Positions 34,919 to 44,087 are shown, numbered from the stretch's first letter. The stretch is DNA of 64,000 nt from Planctomycetota bacterium (GCA_016794035.1 JAEUHS010000058.1:14854-78853), one strand, 5' to 3'. The notes: generated by a model from the sequence alone, not told the origin. Translations and numbers: made by a program.

Positions 34919-35746
34919 CTAGCGGGCGAGGCGCTGCAGCACGGCGCGCACGTCGCCGCGCGGTTCGCGCGGCAGCCGTTCGGCGGCGAACGGGGCGAGG
35001 TCGGTGCGAGCGAGCGCGAGCAGGCCCTCGGCGGCGGCGAGGCGCACGCCGTCGTCGCCGTGTTCGAGTCCGCCGACCAGGCGCGCGACCGCGCCGGGAC
35101 ACGGCGCCGCGCCGATCAGCCGCCAGGTGTCACGCCAGACCGGGCGACCGGCGGCCTCGCGTTCGGTCGCGAGGTCGATCAGCATGCGCGACAGTTCGGG
35201 GTTGGCGTGTCGCCCGGCGTCGAACACGCGGCGCAGCGGCAGGTCGAGGAACGCGAGCTTCAGCAGCAGTCGGTTCGCGGCGGCCGGGTCGAAGCCGGCG
35301 TGGCCGACCGCGCGCGCGAACAGGTCGCTGTCGCAGACCCCGGCCTCGAGGTGCAGCACGATGTTGCTGCGCTGGACCTCGCCGAACAGGCGCGTGGTGA
35401 CCGCGGCGACCGGCAGCACGGGCAGCGTGCGCAGCAGCATCGCGCGCTCCTCGATGTCGCCGTGCGCGTAGAGGTCCAGCAGTTCGGCCTCGGTGGCGGC
35501 GGTCGTCAGCAGCAGCCAGGCGGCCGCGAGATCGCAGCGCCGGAACGCGTCGAGGTCGAGGCGGCCGGGGCCGAGTGCCGTCACGCCGCCGCGCACGGGC
35601 TCGCGTCCCACCTTGCGCGGCAGACCGGGGAACACCACCGCGAGTCGGGCGCGATCGGCCTGGATGCCGGCGGCGGCGGGCTGCAGGGTGCCGAGCGCCT
35701 CGGCACCGAGGCGTGCGGCGAGGTCGTCGAGGGTGCTGGGCTTCAC
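34919..35746 (-). CDS. Hypothetical protein (possibly EboA-like, judged by position only)
   Basis: 275 aa with a GTG start, high GC3 and helical repeat character. I recognise no motif. It lies directly upstream of the EboB-type TatD gene, where eboA normally sits. Confidence 0.4.
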   Translation of the reverse strand: MKPSTLDDLAARLGAEALGTLQPAAAGIQADRARLAVVFPGLPRKVGREPVRGGVTALGPGRLDLDAFRRCDLAAAWLLLTTAATEAELLDLYAHGDIEERAMLLRTLPVLPVAAVTTRLFGEVQRSNIVLHLEAGVCDSDLFARAVGHAGFDPAAANRLLLKLAFLDLPLRRVFDAGRHANPELSRMLIDLATEREAAGRPVWRDTWRLIGAAPCPGAVARLVGGLEHGDDGVRLAAAEGLLALARTDLAPFAAERLPREPRGDVRAVLQRLAR

Positions 35747-35857
35747 GGGCGCACCTTACCAACCCGCGAACGCGCCGTCACTGCGCGCTGGTTCGGCGGC
35801 GAGATCCGCGTCGGCTGCGGCGTGCTTCCCCAACTGGTGACCGCTAGGCTGCCGCCG

Positions 35858-36913
35858 ATGGAGTTTCCCGCCTGGGACCCGGTGCTGTTCGACATTCCGG
35901 GTCTGCCGATCGACATCCGCTGGTACGGCATGATGTACGTGGTCGGCTTCGTCGCCGGGCAGTGGATCCTGGTGCGGCTCGCGCGCGCCGGCTTCTTCCC
36001 CGTCAAACCCGAGGCCGCGCCCGACCTGATCTTCTACTGCGTGTTCGGGGTCATGCTCGGCGGCCGCACCGGCTACGCGCTGTTCTACCAGCACAGCCTG
36101 CTGAACCCGCTGGAGTTCGTGCAGGTCTGGAAGGGCGGGCTGGCGTTCCACGGCGGGCTCGCCGGCGTCGCGGTCGCGATCTGGCTGTTCTGCCGCAAGT
36201 ACCAGATCCGCTGGATGCGCGTCGCCGATGCCTGCGCCCTGGCGGTGACGCCCGGCATCCTCGCGGTGCGCTGCGCGAACTTCATCAACGGCGAACTGTT
36301 CGGGCGCGTGACCCAGAAGGGGGTCGGCTGGGCGATGCAGTTCCCGACCGACGATCGCGCGCTGTCGCTGCTCGGCATCGCCGACGACTGGACCATGCGC
36401 GACCGCGAACTGTGCATCCAGGTCGCCTACGGCAAGCGCACGTTCGACGACGTCAAGGGTCTGCTCAGCCAGGTCGACGGGCACGGCAAGGCGATCGACT
36501 GGAGCGCGGTCGTGCCGAAGCTCGACTGGCAGCACGTGCGCAGCCTCACCGACGTCGACGGCCACCCGCTGGTGCCGTATCGCCACCCGTCGCAGCTCTA
36601 CGAGGGACTCGGGGAGGGCCTGCTGCTGGGCCTCGTGATGCTCGCGCTCTACCTGCTGACGCGGCGACGACCGTGGCGACCGGGTCGCTACGGCGTGGTG
36701 TTCCTGCTCGGCTACGCGGTGGTGCGCTCGTCGCTCGAGTTCGTGCGGGAGCCCGATTCCTGGCTCGGCGTGGTGTGGCTCGGCATGACGATGGGACAGA
36801 TCCTCAGCGCCGGCCTCGTCGTCGGCGCGATGCTGATGCTGTTCTGGCCGCAGCGCGGCGCGGCGGCACCGTCCGGGGGCGGTCCTGGCCATCCGCCGCC
36901 GGCGACGGAATAA
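35858..36913 (+). CDS. lgt: Prolipoprotein diacylglyceryl transferase
   Basis: Motifs are IRWYGMMYVVGFVAG, GGRTGYALFY, WKGGLAFHGGLAGV, RCANFINGELFGR and HPSQLYEGLGEG. At 351 aa it is longer than typical Lgt proteins, owing to an insertion of about 70 aa after GELFGR. Confidence 0.9.
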   Translation: MEFPAWDPVLFDIPGLPIDIRWYGMMYVVGFVAGQWILVRLARAGFFPVKPEAAPDLIFYCVFGVMLGGRTGYALFYQHSLLNPLEFVQVWKGGLAFHGGLAGVAVAIWLFCRKYQIRWMRVADACALAVTPGILAVRCANFINGELFGRVTQKGVGWAMQFPTDDRALSLLGIADDWTMRDRELCIQVAYGKRTFDDVKGLLSQVDGHGKAIDWSAVVPKLDWQHVRSLTDVDGHPLVPYRHPSQLYEGLGEGLLLGLVMLALYLLTRRRPWRPGRYGVVFLLGYAVVRSSLEFVREPDSWLGVVWLGMTMGQILSAGLVVGAMLMLFWPQRGAAAPSGGGPGHPPPATE

Positions 36914-36973
36914 TGACGCGCCGCGGGCCGTCCTCCGCCACCTGCCGATCCGCGGCCCGCCTGCCAGCCTCAG

Positions 36974-39874
36974 ATGACCATGCCCCGCTTCCGAACCGCG
37001 CTGTCGTTGACGTTCCTGGTGGCCTTGACGGTCGGCTGCGACAACGTCGGGCGGGCGTTCGGGCCGAACACCCAGCCGGACCCCGGCGGTGGCACGGCGG
37101 GGGAGTCGACGATCGAAGTCGTGCCGGTCGGCGGCGACCTGCGCGACGGCCGGCCGAAGGTGAAGGCCGCGTTCCCCAACGGCAGCGGCTGGCCGACCCT
37201 GGTGCCGATCGTGATCGAGTTCAGCGAGAGCCTGAACCAGGCCTCGATCCTGCCGACCGCGCCGACCGCGACCGACGGTCGCATCGTCCTGCGCGTGCGC
37301 GGCAGCACCCAGGCGTTGCCGTGCCAGTACGACTTCCTCGCCAACGGTCGCGTGCTGGTGATGCGCCCCGTCACGGCCCTGTCGAACGCACAGGTCGCCA
37401 CCTACGAGGTGGTGCTGCTGCCCGACGGACGGGACGCCGACGGCGTGCGCTTCCTGGTCAACGGCAGCGAGCAGATCCTGACCGACTTCCAGGTCAATCA
37501 GGCCACCTCGTTCACCGACGGTCGCATCCTGACCACGTTCCCGCGCGACAACTCGAGCGACATCACCCGCGAGACCGACTATCTGGTCTTCTTCGATCGG
37601 CCGGCCAACGAGGCCTCGATCAACGCGACGAACATGCGCCTGCGACGGCGCGGCGGCGGTGACGTCGCGGTGTCGCGCACCCTGCCGCTGACCACGGTCG
37701 GCGTCAACGACTCGCGCGTCGTGCGGCTGCGGCCGCAGGACCGGCTGCTGGCGGCGACCACGCACGAGTTCGTCTGCGACGACACGGTGACGTTCGGCAC
37801 CGACGGCAAGCTCGACTTCCGCGGCCGCACGCCGTTCGCCGTGTTCGACACCGTCGGCGTCGCCGCGCCGTCGCTGGTCGAACTGGGCAACCCGGTCACC
37901 GGCTTCCCGAACAAGGTCAACCTGACGAACTTCGCCAACCCCGTGCTGCACGTGACCTCGGCGGTCGATGCCGCGGCCGGTGACCGCATCGTGGCGCGCA
38001 TCTACGGCGGCAAGGCGGACACGTCGAACACGGCCGACATGACGTTCGTCGAGCGCACGGCGGTCCTGCCGGCAGCGGGGGAGCAGACGGTGGCGATCGA
38101 GTTCCCCGGTCTGCTCGGCACTATGGCCCGGCCCAAGTTCGACGACGGCGAGCTGACGTTCGCGGTGCAGGCGCAGCGCGGCGGCGAGCACAGCGGCTTC
38201 GTCCACAACAGCGGCAGCGACGACGCGGCGTTCGACATCACGCTGCCGACGTTGAGCCGCGCCGGACCGCCGAGCGTCGGCACCAGCTTCGACGTCGTCA
38301 CCGACCAGGAATCGCTGGCGTTCTACGGTACGGCCAGCGAGGCGGTCGGCAAGGTGACGCTGACCGACGGCATGGTCTCGGCCGAGCTGTTCGCGTCGTC
38401 CGACGACGGCCGGTTCCTGGTGCGACCGGTGGCGCTCGGGCGCCTGACGGCGCCGCGCACGTATTCGCTGACCCTGCAGGACCGCGCCGGCAACTTCGCC
38501 CCGGGCGCCGTCTCGGGCCAGATCGTGCAGCGCGGCGTCCTGACCGGCACCGTCGCCGACGAACTGACGGTCGAGGTCTACGACCACCGCACGCTGCAGC
38601 CGATCCCCGGCGCGAAGGTGCTGGTCGAGCCGGCGCCGCCGACGGTGCCGTCGACCGGCCGTCAGGTCGGCACGACGGGCAGCAACGGCCGGTTCACGTT
38701 CACGGGCCTGACCGCGCCCAGTCACACGATCACCGTCGTGCAGCCGGGCTTCCATCTGCTGACGATCTACGACACGGCGGCGGCGTTCGCGTCGCTGCCG
38801 CTGCGGCCGCTCAGCAACGTCACCGCGACCCTGCGCGGCAACGTGCTGTTCACGCAGGCGCCGGGCACGACGGTGCTGGTCGGCAGCACGGCGTTCGACG
38901 ATGCGAACGAGTTCGCGGTGCGCACGGCCGACGCGTCGCCGACGACGATTCCCGCGACCAGCATCACGCCGAATCGCCCCGCGATCGTGACTGCGTTCGG
39001 CGGCGTCCTCGAGCCGACCATGCGCCCGGCGTTCACCCTGCAGGGCTTCCAGTCGCTCGGCAACGACGGCATGTCGCTGGCCCCGCCGCCGCTGCCGCCG
39101 GCCGCGGGTGCGGCGTCCGAACAGAGCCTGGTGCTGCTGCCGAGCACCGGGCAGATCGGGCTCCTGTTCCAGCCGGTGCCGCTGGACTTCAGTCTGGCGA
39201 CGGGCCTCGACACCGCCAATCTGGTCGGTGGCGGGCCGTTGGTGCGCGTCACGGCGTCGTTGCGGGGCTTCGCGGCACAGGCGCTGATGGGCGTCGGTTT
39301 CGCGGTCCTCACCACCGGCAGCACGTTCAACATCGACGGCAACTGGACGCTGCCCGGCTTCATCGCCTTCACGCCGTTCGACGCCAACGCACTGGCCTGG
39401 ATCGTCGCCGACGCGCGGGACGGCGCGGGGCGCATCAGCCGCACCCGGATCCGCTTCAACACCCTGACCGGCCTCGACGAGAACCGGGTGCCGCCGCAGG
39501 CGATCCCCGCCGTCACCGTGCCGACGGGGCCGTCTGTCGGCTCGCCGGCGGTCGAGTTCGCCGACGTGCTCGACCCGGCCGCGGTGCTCAGCACTCTGTG
39601 CACCGTCGACGTGGTCGCCGAGGACGCGGCCGGCCGGCGGTGGACGCTGCTGGTGGCCGACAGCGATGCCGCCGGCCTCACCAAGACGGTGCAGTTCCCC
39701 GATCTGACCGGTGCGGGCGTGACCGGGCTGCAGACCGGCACGTGGAACGTGCGACCCGAGGCCCGCACCTGGGTGTCGGTCGGGGCGACCGCCGACGAGT
39801 TCGTGCTGGCCGATCGCCGTCGCCTCGAGGTCGCCTACTCGCGCGGCCTCGCGGTCCCGTTCACGATCCAGTGA
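36974..39874 (+). CDS. Large surface lipoprotein with Ig-like/beta-sandwich repeats
   Basis: 966 aa. The signal plus lipobox is LTFLVALTVGC. SbsA/Big-like segments appear (KVKAAFPNGSGWPTLVPIVIEFSESLNQASI) and a CarboxypepD_reg-like segment (LTGTVADELTVEVYDHRTLQPIPGAKVLVEP...GRFTFTGL). Confidence 0.65.
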   Translation: MTMPRFRTALSLTFLVALTVGCDNVGRAFGPNTQPDPGGGTAGESTIEVVPVGGDLRDGRPKVKAAFPNGSGWPTLVPIVIEFSESLNQASILPTAPTATDGRIVLRVRGSTQALPCQYDFLANGRVLVMRPVTALSNAQVATYEVVLLPDGRDADGVRFLVNGSEQILTDFQVNQATSFTDGRILTTFPRDNSSDITRETDYLVFFDRPANEASINATNMRLRRRGGGDVAVSRTLPLTTVGVNDSRVVRLRPQDRLLAATTHEFVCDDTVTFGTDGKLDFRGRTPFAVFDTVGVAAPSLVELGNPVTGFPNKVNLTNFANPVLHVTSAVDAAAGDRIVARIYGGKADTSNTADMTFVERTAVLPAAGEQTVAIEFPGLLGTMARPKFDDGELTFAVQAQRGGEHSGFVHNSGSDDAAFDITLPTLSRAGPPSVGTSFDVVTDQESLAFYGTASEAVGKVTLTDGMVSAELFASSDDGRFLVRPVALGRLTAPRTYSLTLQDRAGNFAPGAVSGQIVQRGVLTGTVADELTVEVYDHRTLQPIPGAKVLVEPAPPTVPSTGRQVGTTGSNGRFTFTGLTAPSHTITVVQPGFHLLTIYDTAAAFASLPLRPLSNVTATLRGNVLFTQAPGTTVLVGSTAFDDANEFAVRTADASPTTIPATSITPNRPAIVTAFGGVLEPTMRPAFTLQGFQSLGNDGMSLAPPPLPPAAGAASEQSLVLLPSTGQIGLLFQPVPLDFSLATGLDTANLVGGGPLVRVTASLRGFAAQALMGVGFAVLTTGSTFNIDGNWTLPGFIAFTPFDANALAWIVADARDGAGRISRTRIRFNTLTGLDENRVPPQAIPAVTVPTGPSVGSPAVEFADVLDPAAVLSTLCTVDVVAEDAAGRRWTLLVADSDAAGLTKTVQFPDLTGAGVTGLQTGTWNVRPEARTWVSVGATADEFVLADRRRLEVAYSRGLAVPFTIQ

Positions 39875-40531
39875 ATGGCCGCTCCTGCTCGAGGCATCGC
39901 GCTGCTGTCGGGCGGGCTGGACTCCGGCGTCGCGGCGGCGACGTTCGCGCGGCAACCCGGCCGCGTGCTGGCGGCCTGTCTGTTCGTCGCCTACGGCCAG
40001 CGCGCGGCGCGGCCCGAGGCCGAGGCCGCCAGCCGGCTGGCGCGCCGGCTCGCGGCGCCGCTGCTGACGATCGAGCTGCCGTGGCTCGGCGACCTCGCGC
40101 GGTCCAGCGGCAGCCGGCTGATCCGCGGCACCGGCGATCTGCCGCACGGCACCGAGCGAGTCCCCGGTGATGCCGCCAGCGCGGCCGCGGTCTGGGTGCC
40201 GGCGCGCAACGTCGTGTTCGTCGCCATCGCGGCAGCGCACGCCGAGGCGATGGGGGCGCGATTCGTGGTGACCGGCTTCAACCGCGAGGAGGCGGCGACG
40301 TTCGCCGACAACTCGGCGGCGTTCGTCGCGGCCAGCGACACGATGCTGGCGCTCGGCACCCGCACCGGCGTGCAGGTCACGAGTCCGACGCTGGCCCTGG
40401 ACAAGGCGGAGATCGTCGCCTCGGCGCGCGCGCTCGGCTTCACCGCCGCGGACTTCTGGTCGTGCTACGAGGGTGGCGCCGCCCCCTGCGGCCGCTGCGA
40501 ATCGTGCCTGCGCAGCCGCTGGACGCGTTGA
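39875..40531 (+). CDS. queC: 7-cyano-7-deazaguanine synthase
   Basis: ALLSGGLDSGVAAA is the PP-loop (SGGxDS). VPARNVVF is present, and the C-terminal zinc-Cys cluster is WSCYEGGAAPCGRCESC. Confidence 0.85.
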   Translation: MAAPARGIALLSGGLDSGVAAATFARQPGRVLAACLFVAYGQRAARPEAEAASRLARRLAAPLLTIELPWLGDLARSSGSRLIRGTGDLPHGTERVPGDAASAAAVWVPARNVVFVAIAAAHAEAMGARFVVTGFNREEAATFADNSAAFVAASDTMLALGTRTGVQVTSPTLALDKAEIVASARALGFTAADFWSCYEGGAAPCGRCESCLRSRWTR

Positions 40532-40538
40532 TCGACGT

Positions 40539-41360
40539 ATGCTGCCGCGCCGCGGCATGGTCTCGATCTTCGGCATCGTCAACGTCACGCGCGACTCGTT
40601 CTCCGACGGCGGTCGCTTCCTCGAGCCCGCCGCGGCGCTCGCGCAGGCGGAGCGGCTGCTGACGGACGGCGCCGACGTGATCGACGTCGGTGCCGAGTCG
40701 ACGCACCCGGACGCCGAGGACGTCGACGAAGACGCGGAGATCCGGCGCCTGACCCCGGTCGTGCAGGGCCTGCTCGCGCGCGGGGCGAACGTCAGCGTCG
40801 ACACCTGCAAGCCGGCGGTGATGGCCGCGATGACGGCGCTCGGCGTGCACTGGCTCAACGACGTGCACGGCTTCCGCACGCCGGCGGCGCTCGCCACGGC
40901 CGCGGCCGCACCGCCGCACGTGCGTTTCGTCGTGATGCACTCGCGCAGCGCCGCCGCGCGCGCCGAACGCCGCGCGCACGGCGCCGGGACGCTGCTGGCG
41001 GAGCTGCACGCGTTCTTCGCCGAGCGCCTCGCCGCGTTCCGGGCCGCGGGCGTCGCGCCGGAACGGCTGGCGTTCGATCCCGGCATGGGCTTCTTCCTCG
41101 GCAGCGGTGCCCAGCCGAGCCTGACGGTGCTGCGGCACCTCGACGAACTCAGGCGCTTCGCGGTGCCGTTGCTGGTGTCCGTGTCGCGCAAGTCGTTCCT
41201 CGGTGAGGTGACGGGTCGGCCCGTCGCGGAGCGTGGACCCGGCACCCTGGCGGCCGAGCTGTGGGCGGCGCGGCACGGCGCCGACTTCGTGCGCACGCAC
41301 GACGTCGCGGCGCTGCGGGCCGGGATCGCGGTCGAACGAGCCATCGCGGCGGCGCCATGA
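40539..41360 (+). CDS. folP: Dihydropteroate synthase
   Basis: Motifs are IFGIVNVTRDSFSDGG, ADVIDVGAESTHP, SVDTCKP, DPGMGFF, LLVSVSRKSF and VRTHDV. Confidence 0.9.
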   Translation: MLPRRGMVSIFGIVNVTRDSFSDGGRFLEPAAALAQAERLLTDGADVIDVGAESTHPDAEDVDEDAEIRRLTPVVQGLLARGANVSVDTCKPAVMAAMTALGVHWLNDVHGFRTPAALATAAAAPPHVRFVVMHSRSAAARAERRAHGAGTLLAELHAFFAERLAAFRAAGVAPERLAFDPGMGFFLGSGAQPSLTVLRHLDELRRFAVPLLVSVSRKSFLGEVTGRPVAERGPGTLAAELWAARHGADFVRTHDVAALRAGIAVERAIAAAP

Positions 41361-42121
41361 TCCCGCTGCGCGACAGCATCCCCGCCAGCCGCACGCCGGT
41401 CGTCAACTACGCGATGATCGGTCTGTGCTCGCTGGTGTTCGCCGCCCAGCTCGCCGACCCGGACGGCGCGCTCGTCGAACGGCTCGGCATGGTGCCGGCG
41501 CGCGTGCTCGAACCCGGCGTCGACCACGTCGTGCGCGGTCTGGGCCGGCCGCACCTGCTGGTGCCGGCGCTGGTGCCGGAGTGGGCGACGCTGCTGACCT
41601 GCACGTTCCTGCACGGCGGCTGGCTGCACTTCATCGGCAACATGCTGTTCCTGTGGATCTTCGGCGACAACGTCGAGGATCGCTTCGGCCGGCTGCCCTA
41701 CCTGGTCTTCTACCTGGTCAGCGGCGCCGCGGCCTCGGCGTCGCACCTGCTCAGCGCGCCCGGCTCGACGGTGCCGACCATCGGCGCCAGCGGCGCGATC
41801 GCCGGCGTCATGGGCGCCTACATGCTGCTGTATCCGCGGTCGCGGGTGCAGATGCTGATCGTGTTCGGCTTCTTCGTCGACGTGATCGTGCTGCCGGCGC
41901 CGTTCTTCCTCGGCTACTGGTTCCTGCTGCAGCTGCTGCAGGGATCGCTGTCGGCCGGAGCCGACGGCGGTGGCGTTGCCTGGTGGGCGCACATCGGCGG
42001 CTTCGTGCTCGGTGCGGCGGTGGCGGCGACCCTGCGCATGCTCGAACGGCTGCGGCCCGAACCCCCGACCGTGGTGCTGTCGCGACAACGCTGGGGCGGC
42101 AACTTCCGGCGTCTGCGGTAG
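41357..42121 (+). CDS. Rhomboid-family intramembrane serine protease
   Basis: The ATGA overlaps the folP stop. Motifs are FLHGGWLHFIGNMLFLWIFG, the catalytic Ser in GASGAIAGVMG, and the His context AHIGGF. Confidence 0.85.
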   Translation: MIPLRDSIPASRTPVVNYAMIGLCSLVFAAQLADPDGALVERLGMVPARVLEPGVDHVVRGLGRPHLLVPALVPEWATLLTCTFLHGGWLHFIGNMLFLWIFGDNVEDRFGRLPYLVFYLVSGAAASASHLLSAPGSTVPTIGASGAIAGVMGAYMLLYPRSRVQMLIVFGFFVDVIVLPAPFFLGYWFLLQLLQGSLSAGADGGGVAWWAHIGGFVLGAAVAATLRMLERLRPEPPTVVLSRQRWGGNFRRLR

Positions 42122-42127
42122 CCGATC

Positions 42128-42179
42128 CGGCCGGGCGCCGGCACGCGCCCAGGGGTCCCGATTCGGGGCCGCCCGGCCG
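42128..42179 (+). terminator. Candidate hairpin after the rhomboid gene
   Basis: CGGCCGGGCG-N32-CGCCCGGCCG gives a 10-bp GC stem with a large loop, starting 7 nt after the stop. There is no U-tract. Confidence 0.2.
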
Positions 42180-42258
42180 CGACGCGATCTCAAGTCCGGG
42201 CCGGGGAAGGCCGAAAGTCATCCCGTCGTGGTGCCGGCAGCGGCCCCGCACGAGGTGC

Positions 42259-42990
42259 ATGGAATCCGTCAACGAAATCAAGGAAGCCCTCTCGGCTCGC
42301 TCCCGCACGGCGACTCTCGACGAGTTGCGCAGCGAAGGGCGGCGTCGGGTGCGCCTCGTTCGGGCCGAGCACATCGCCGCGATGATCAGCGAGGCGGTGC
42401 ACACCGCCATCGAGCAGTCGGGGCTGATCGGGCAGGACGAGGTCGACCGGCTGGTCGACAAGAGCCGTCAGGAGTTCCGTTCGATCCTGAAGGAGCGCGA
42501 GGCCGAGGTGCAGCGCGCGCACGAGATCGAGGAGACGCTGGCGGAACGTGAGACCGAACTCGCGGCGCTGAAGAGCCGCTGCGCCGAGCTGACGGCCGCA
42601 CTCGCGTCGAAGCAGCAGGCTCCGGCCGCCACCGGCGCGGCGGCGCCGTCGGGCGACCTGGTGATGTCGCTGATGCAGGAGATGGCCAACATGAAGGCCA
42701 GCCTGATGCAGCGCGACGCGCAGCCCGCGCCGGCCGCCGGCGCCGCCGACTTCTCGGCGGCGATCGAGAAGCTGGCCGGTTCGCTGAACGACCGGCTCGA
42801 GACGATCGGCAAGAAGATGGGCGTGAGCGCCGCGGTCGAGTCGAACACGCCCATGGACTTCAGCAGCCTGTTCGCCGACGACGGCAAGTCGCTCGAGTCG
42901 AACATGGAGAACATCGAGGTGAAGCAGAAGTCGGCCGGCGGCATCGCCGGCAACCTGGCTCGCCTGAAGAAGCTCAAGGGCGGCAGCTAG
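42259..42990 (+). CDS. Coiled-coil protein with a basic amphipathic C-terminus
   Basis: The ATG at 42259 follows GAGG. There are about 100 aa of heptad-like sequence (KEREAEVQRAHEIEETLAERETELAALKSRCAELTAAL). The C-terminus is KSAGGIAGNLARLKKLKGGS. I recognise no family. Confidence 0.55.
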   Translation: MESVNEIKEALSARSRTATLDELRSEGRRRVRLVRAEHIAAMISEAVHTAIEQSGLIGQDEVDRLVDKSRQEFRSILKEREAEVQRAHEIEETLAERETELAALKSRCAELTAALASKQQAPAATGAAAPSGDLVMSLMQEMANMKASLMQRDAQPAPAAGAADFSAAIEKLAGSLNDRLETIGKKMGVSAAVESNTPMDFSSLFADDGKSLESNMENIEVKQKSAGGIAGNLARLKKLKGGS

Positions 42991-43030
42991 GCCGTCCGGA
43001 CTGGCATTACGGGAAGCAAGGCGGAGAGCA

Positions 43031-44077
43031 ATGACGCAGCATCAGAACCACAACGATCCCAGTGTCGACCATGGCGCCGACACGGCCGTCGCCCTCGGCA
43101 AGGGCCTCGACGTCGGCACCGCGAATCTCGCGGCAGCCGTCCAGAACGACGAAGGCGGCATCACGGTGAACGTGGAGCGCAACGCGTTCCTCGACATCCC
43201 CAGTGACGTCTACAGCAAGAACATGCTGACGAAGCTGAAGGTGCCCTACGTGGTGCACAACAACAAGCTCGTCGTCATCGGCGAGGCCGCGTTCGAGCTG
43301 GCCAACGTGTTCGGGCGCGAGACGCGCCGGCCGATGGCGGACGGACTGATCAGCCCCAACGAGCAGGACGCGCTGCCGATGATGAAGATGATCATCGGCA
43401 AGATCCTCGGCGAGCCGCGGGTGCAGGGTGAGCACTGCTACTTCTGCGTGCCGGCCCCGTCGCTGGACGTCGACAACAACGTCGTCTACCACCAGGGTCT
43501 GTTCGAGGGGATGATCAACAAGATGGGCTACACCGCGCACGCCATCAACGAGGCGCACGCGGTCATCTTCGCCGAGCTGGCGGAGAGCGACTTCACCGGC
43601 ATCGGCCTGTCGTTCGGCGGTGGCATGGCCAACGCCTGCATCGCCTACAAGTCGATCCCGTGCCTGTCGTTCTCGGTCGCGCGCGGCGGCGACTGGATCG
43701 ACAAGAACGTCGCCAACGTGCTCGGCTGCCCGCGCAGCAAGGCGACGCACATCAAGGAGCGCGGCATCGACATCCGCGACCCGAAGAGCCGCGAGGAAGA
43801 GGCGGTGTCGATCTACTACCGCAGCCTGATCAACTACGTGCTGCAGAACATCAAGACGCGCTTCGAGTCCGGCAAGAACATGCCGAGCTTCAACAACCCG
43901 ATCGACATCGCCTGCGCCGGTGGCACGTCGATGATCGGCGGCTTCATCGAGGTCTTCCGCGACGAGTTCGCGAAGATCGACTTCCCGCTGCCGGTCGGCC
44001 GCATCTTCCGCAGCGAAGAGGCCCTGACCGCGGTGGCCAAGGGCTGCCTGGTGGCGGCCGCGATCGGCGAGAGCTGA
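43031..44077 (+). CDS. Divergent actin-like ATPase (ASKHA superfamily; MreB/MamK/ParM-like)
   Basis: 348 aa with GGAG 7 nt upstream. Phosphate-1 is GLDVGTANL. The MreB-like block is VVIGEAAFELANVFGRETRRPMADGLIS. Phosphate-2 is GIGLSFGGGMAN. The adenosine motif is IACAGGTSMIGGF. Confidence 0.65.
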   Translation: MTQHQNHNDPSVDHGADTAVALGKGLDVGTANLAAAVQNDEGGITVNVERNAFLDIPSDVYSKNMLTKLKVPYVVHNNKLVVIGEAAFELANVFGRETRRPMADGLISPNEQDALPMMKMIIGKILGEPRVQGEHCYFCVPAPSLDVDNNVVYHQGLFEGMINKMGYTAHAINEAHAVIFAELAESDFTGIGLSFGGGMANACIAYKSIPCLSFSVARGGDWIDKNVANVLGCPRSKATHIKERGIDIRDPKSREEEAVSIYYRSLINYVLQNIKTRFESGKNMPSFNNPIDIACAGGTSMIGGFIEVFRDEFAKIDFPLPVGRIFRSEEALTAVAKGCLVAAAIGES

Positions 44078-44087
44078 TCGGGTCCGC

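Noticed and set aside
35756-42193. A 2145-aa minus-strand ORF, the longest in the track.
   Set aside because: It is antisense to six well-supported plus-strand genes (lgt, the large lipoprotein, queC, folP, the rhomboid gene and the coiled-coil gene). Its composition is Arg/Ala/Gly/Pro-dominated with no recognisable motif. Stop-free antisense frames of this kind are expected at this GC content.
43002-43017. A sigma-54-like element, TGGCAT-N-GAAGCA, upstream of the actin-like gene.
   Set aside because: The GG-to-GC spacing is one nucleotide longer than the strict -24/-12 spacing. The element ends only about 14 nt before the ATG, overlapping the ribosome-binding region.
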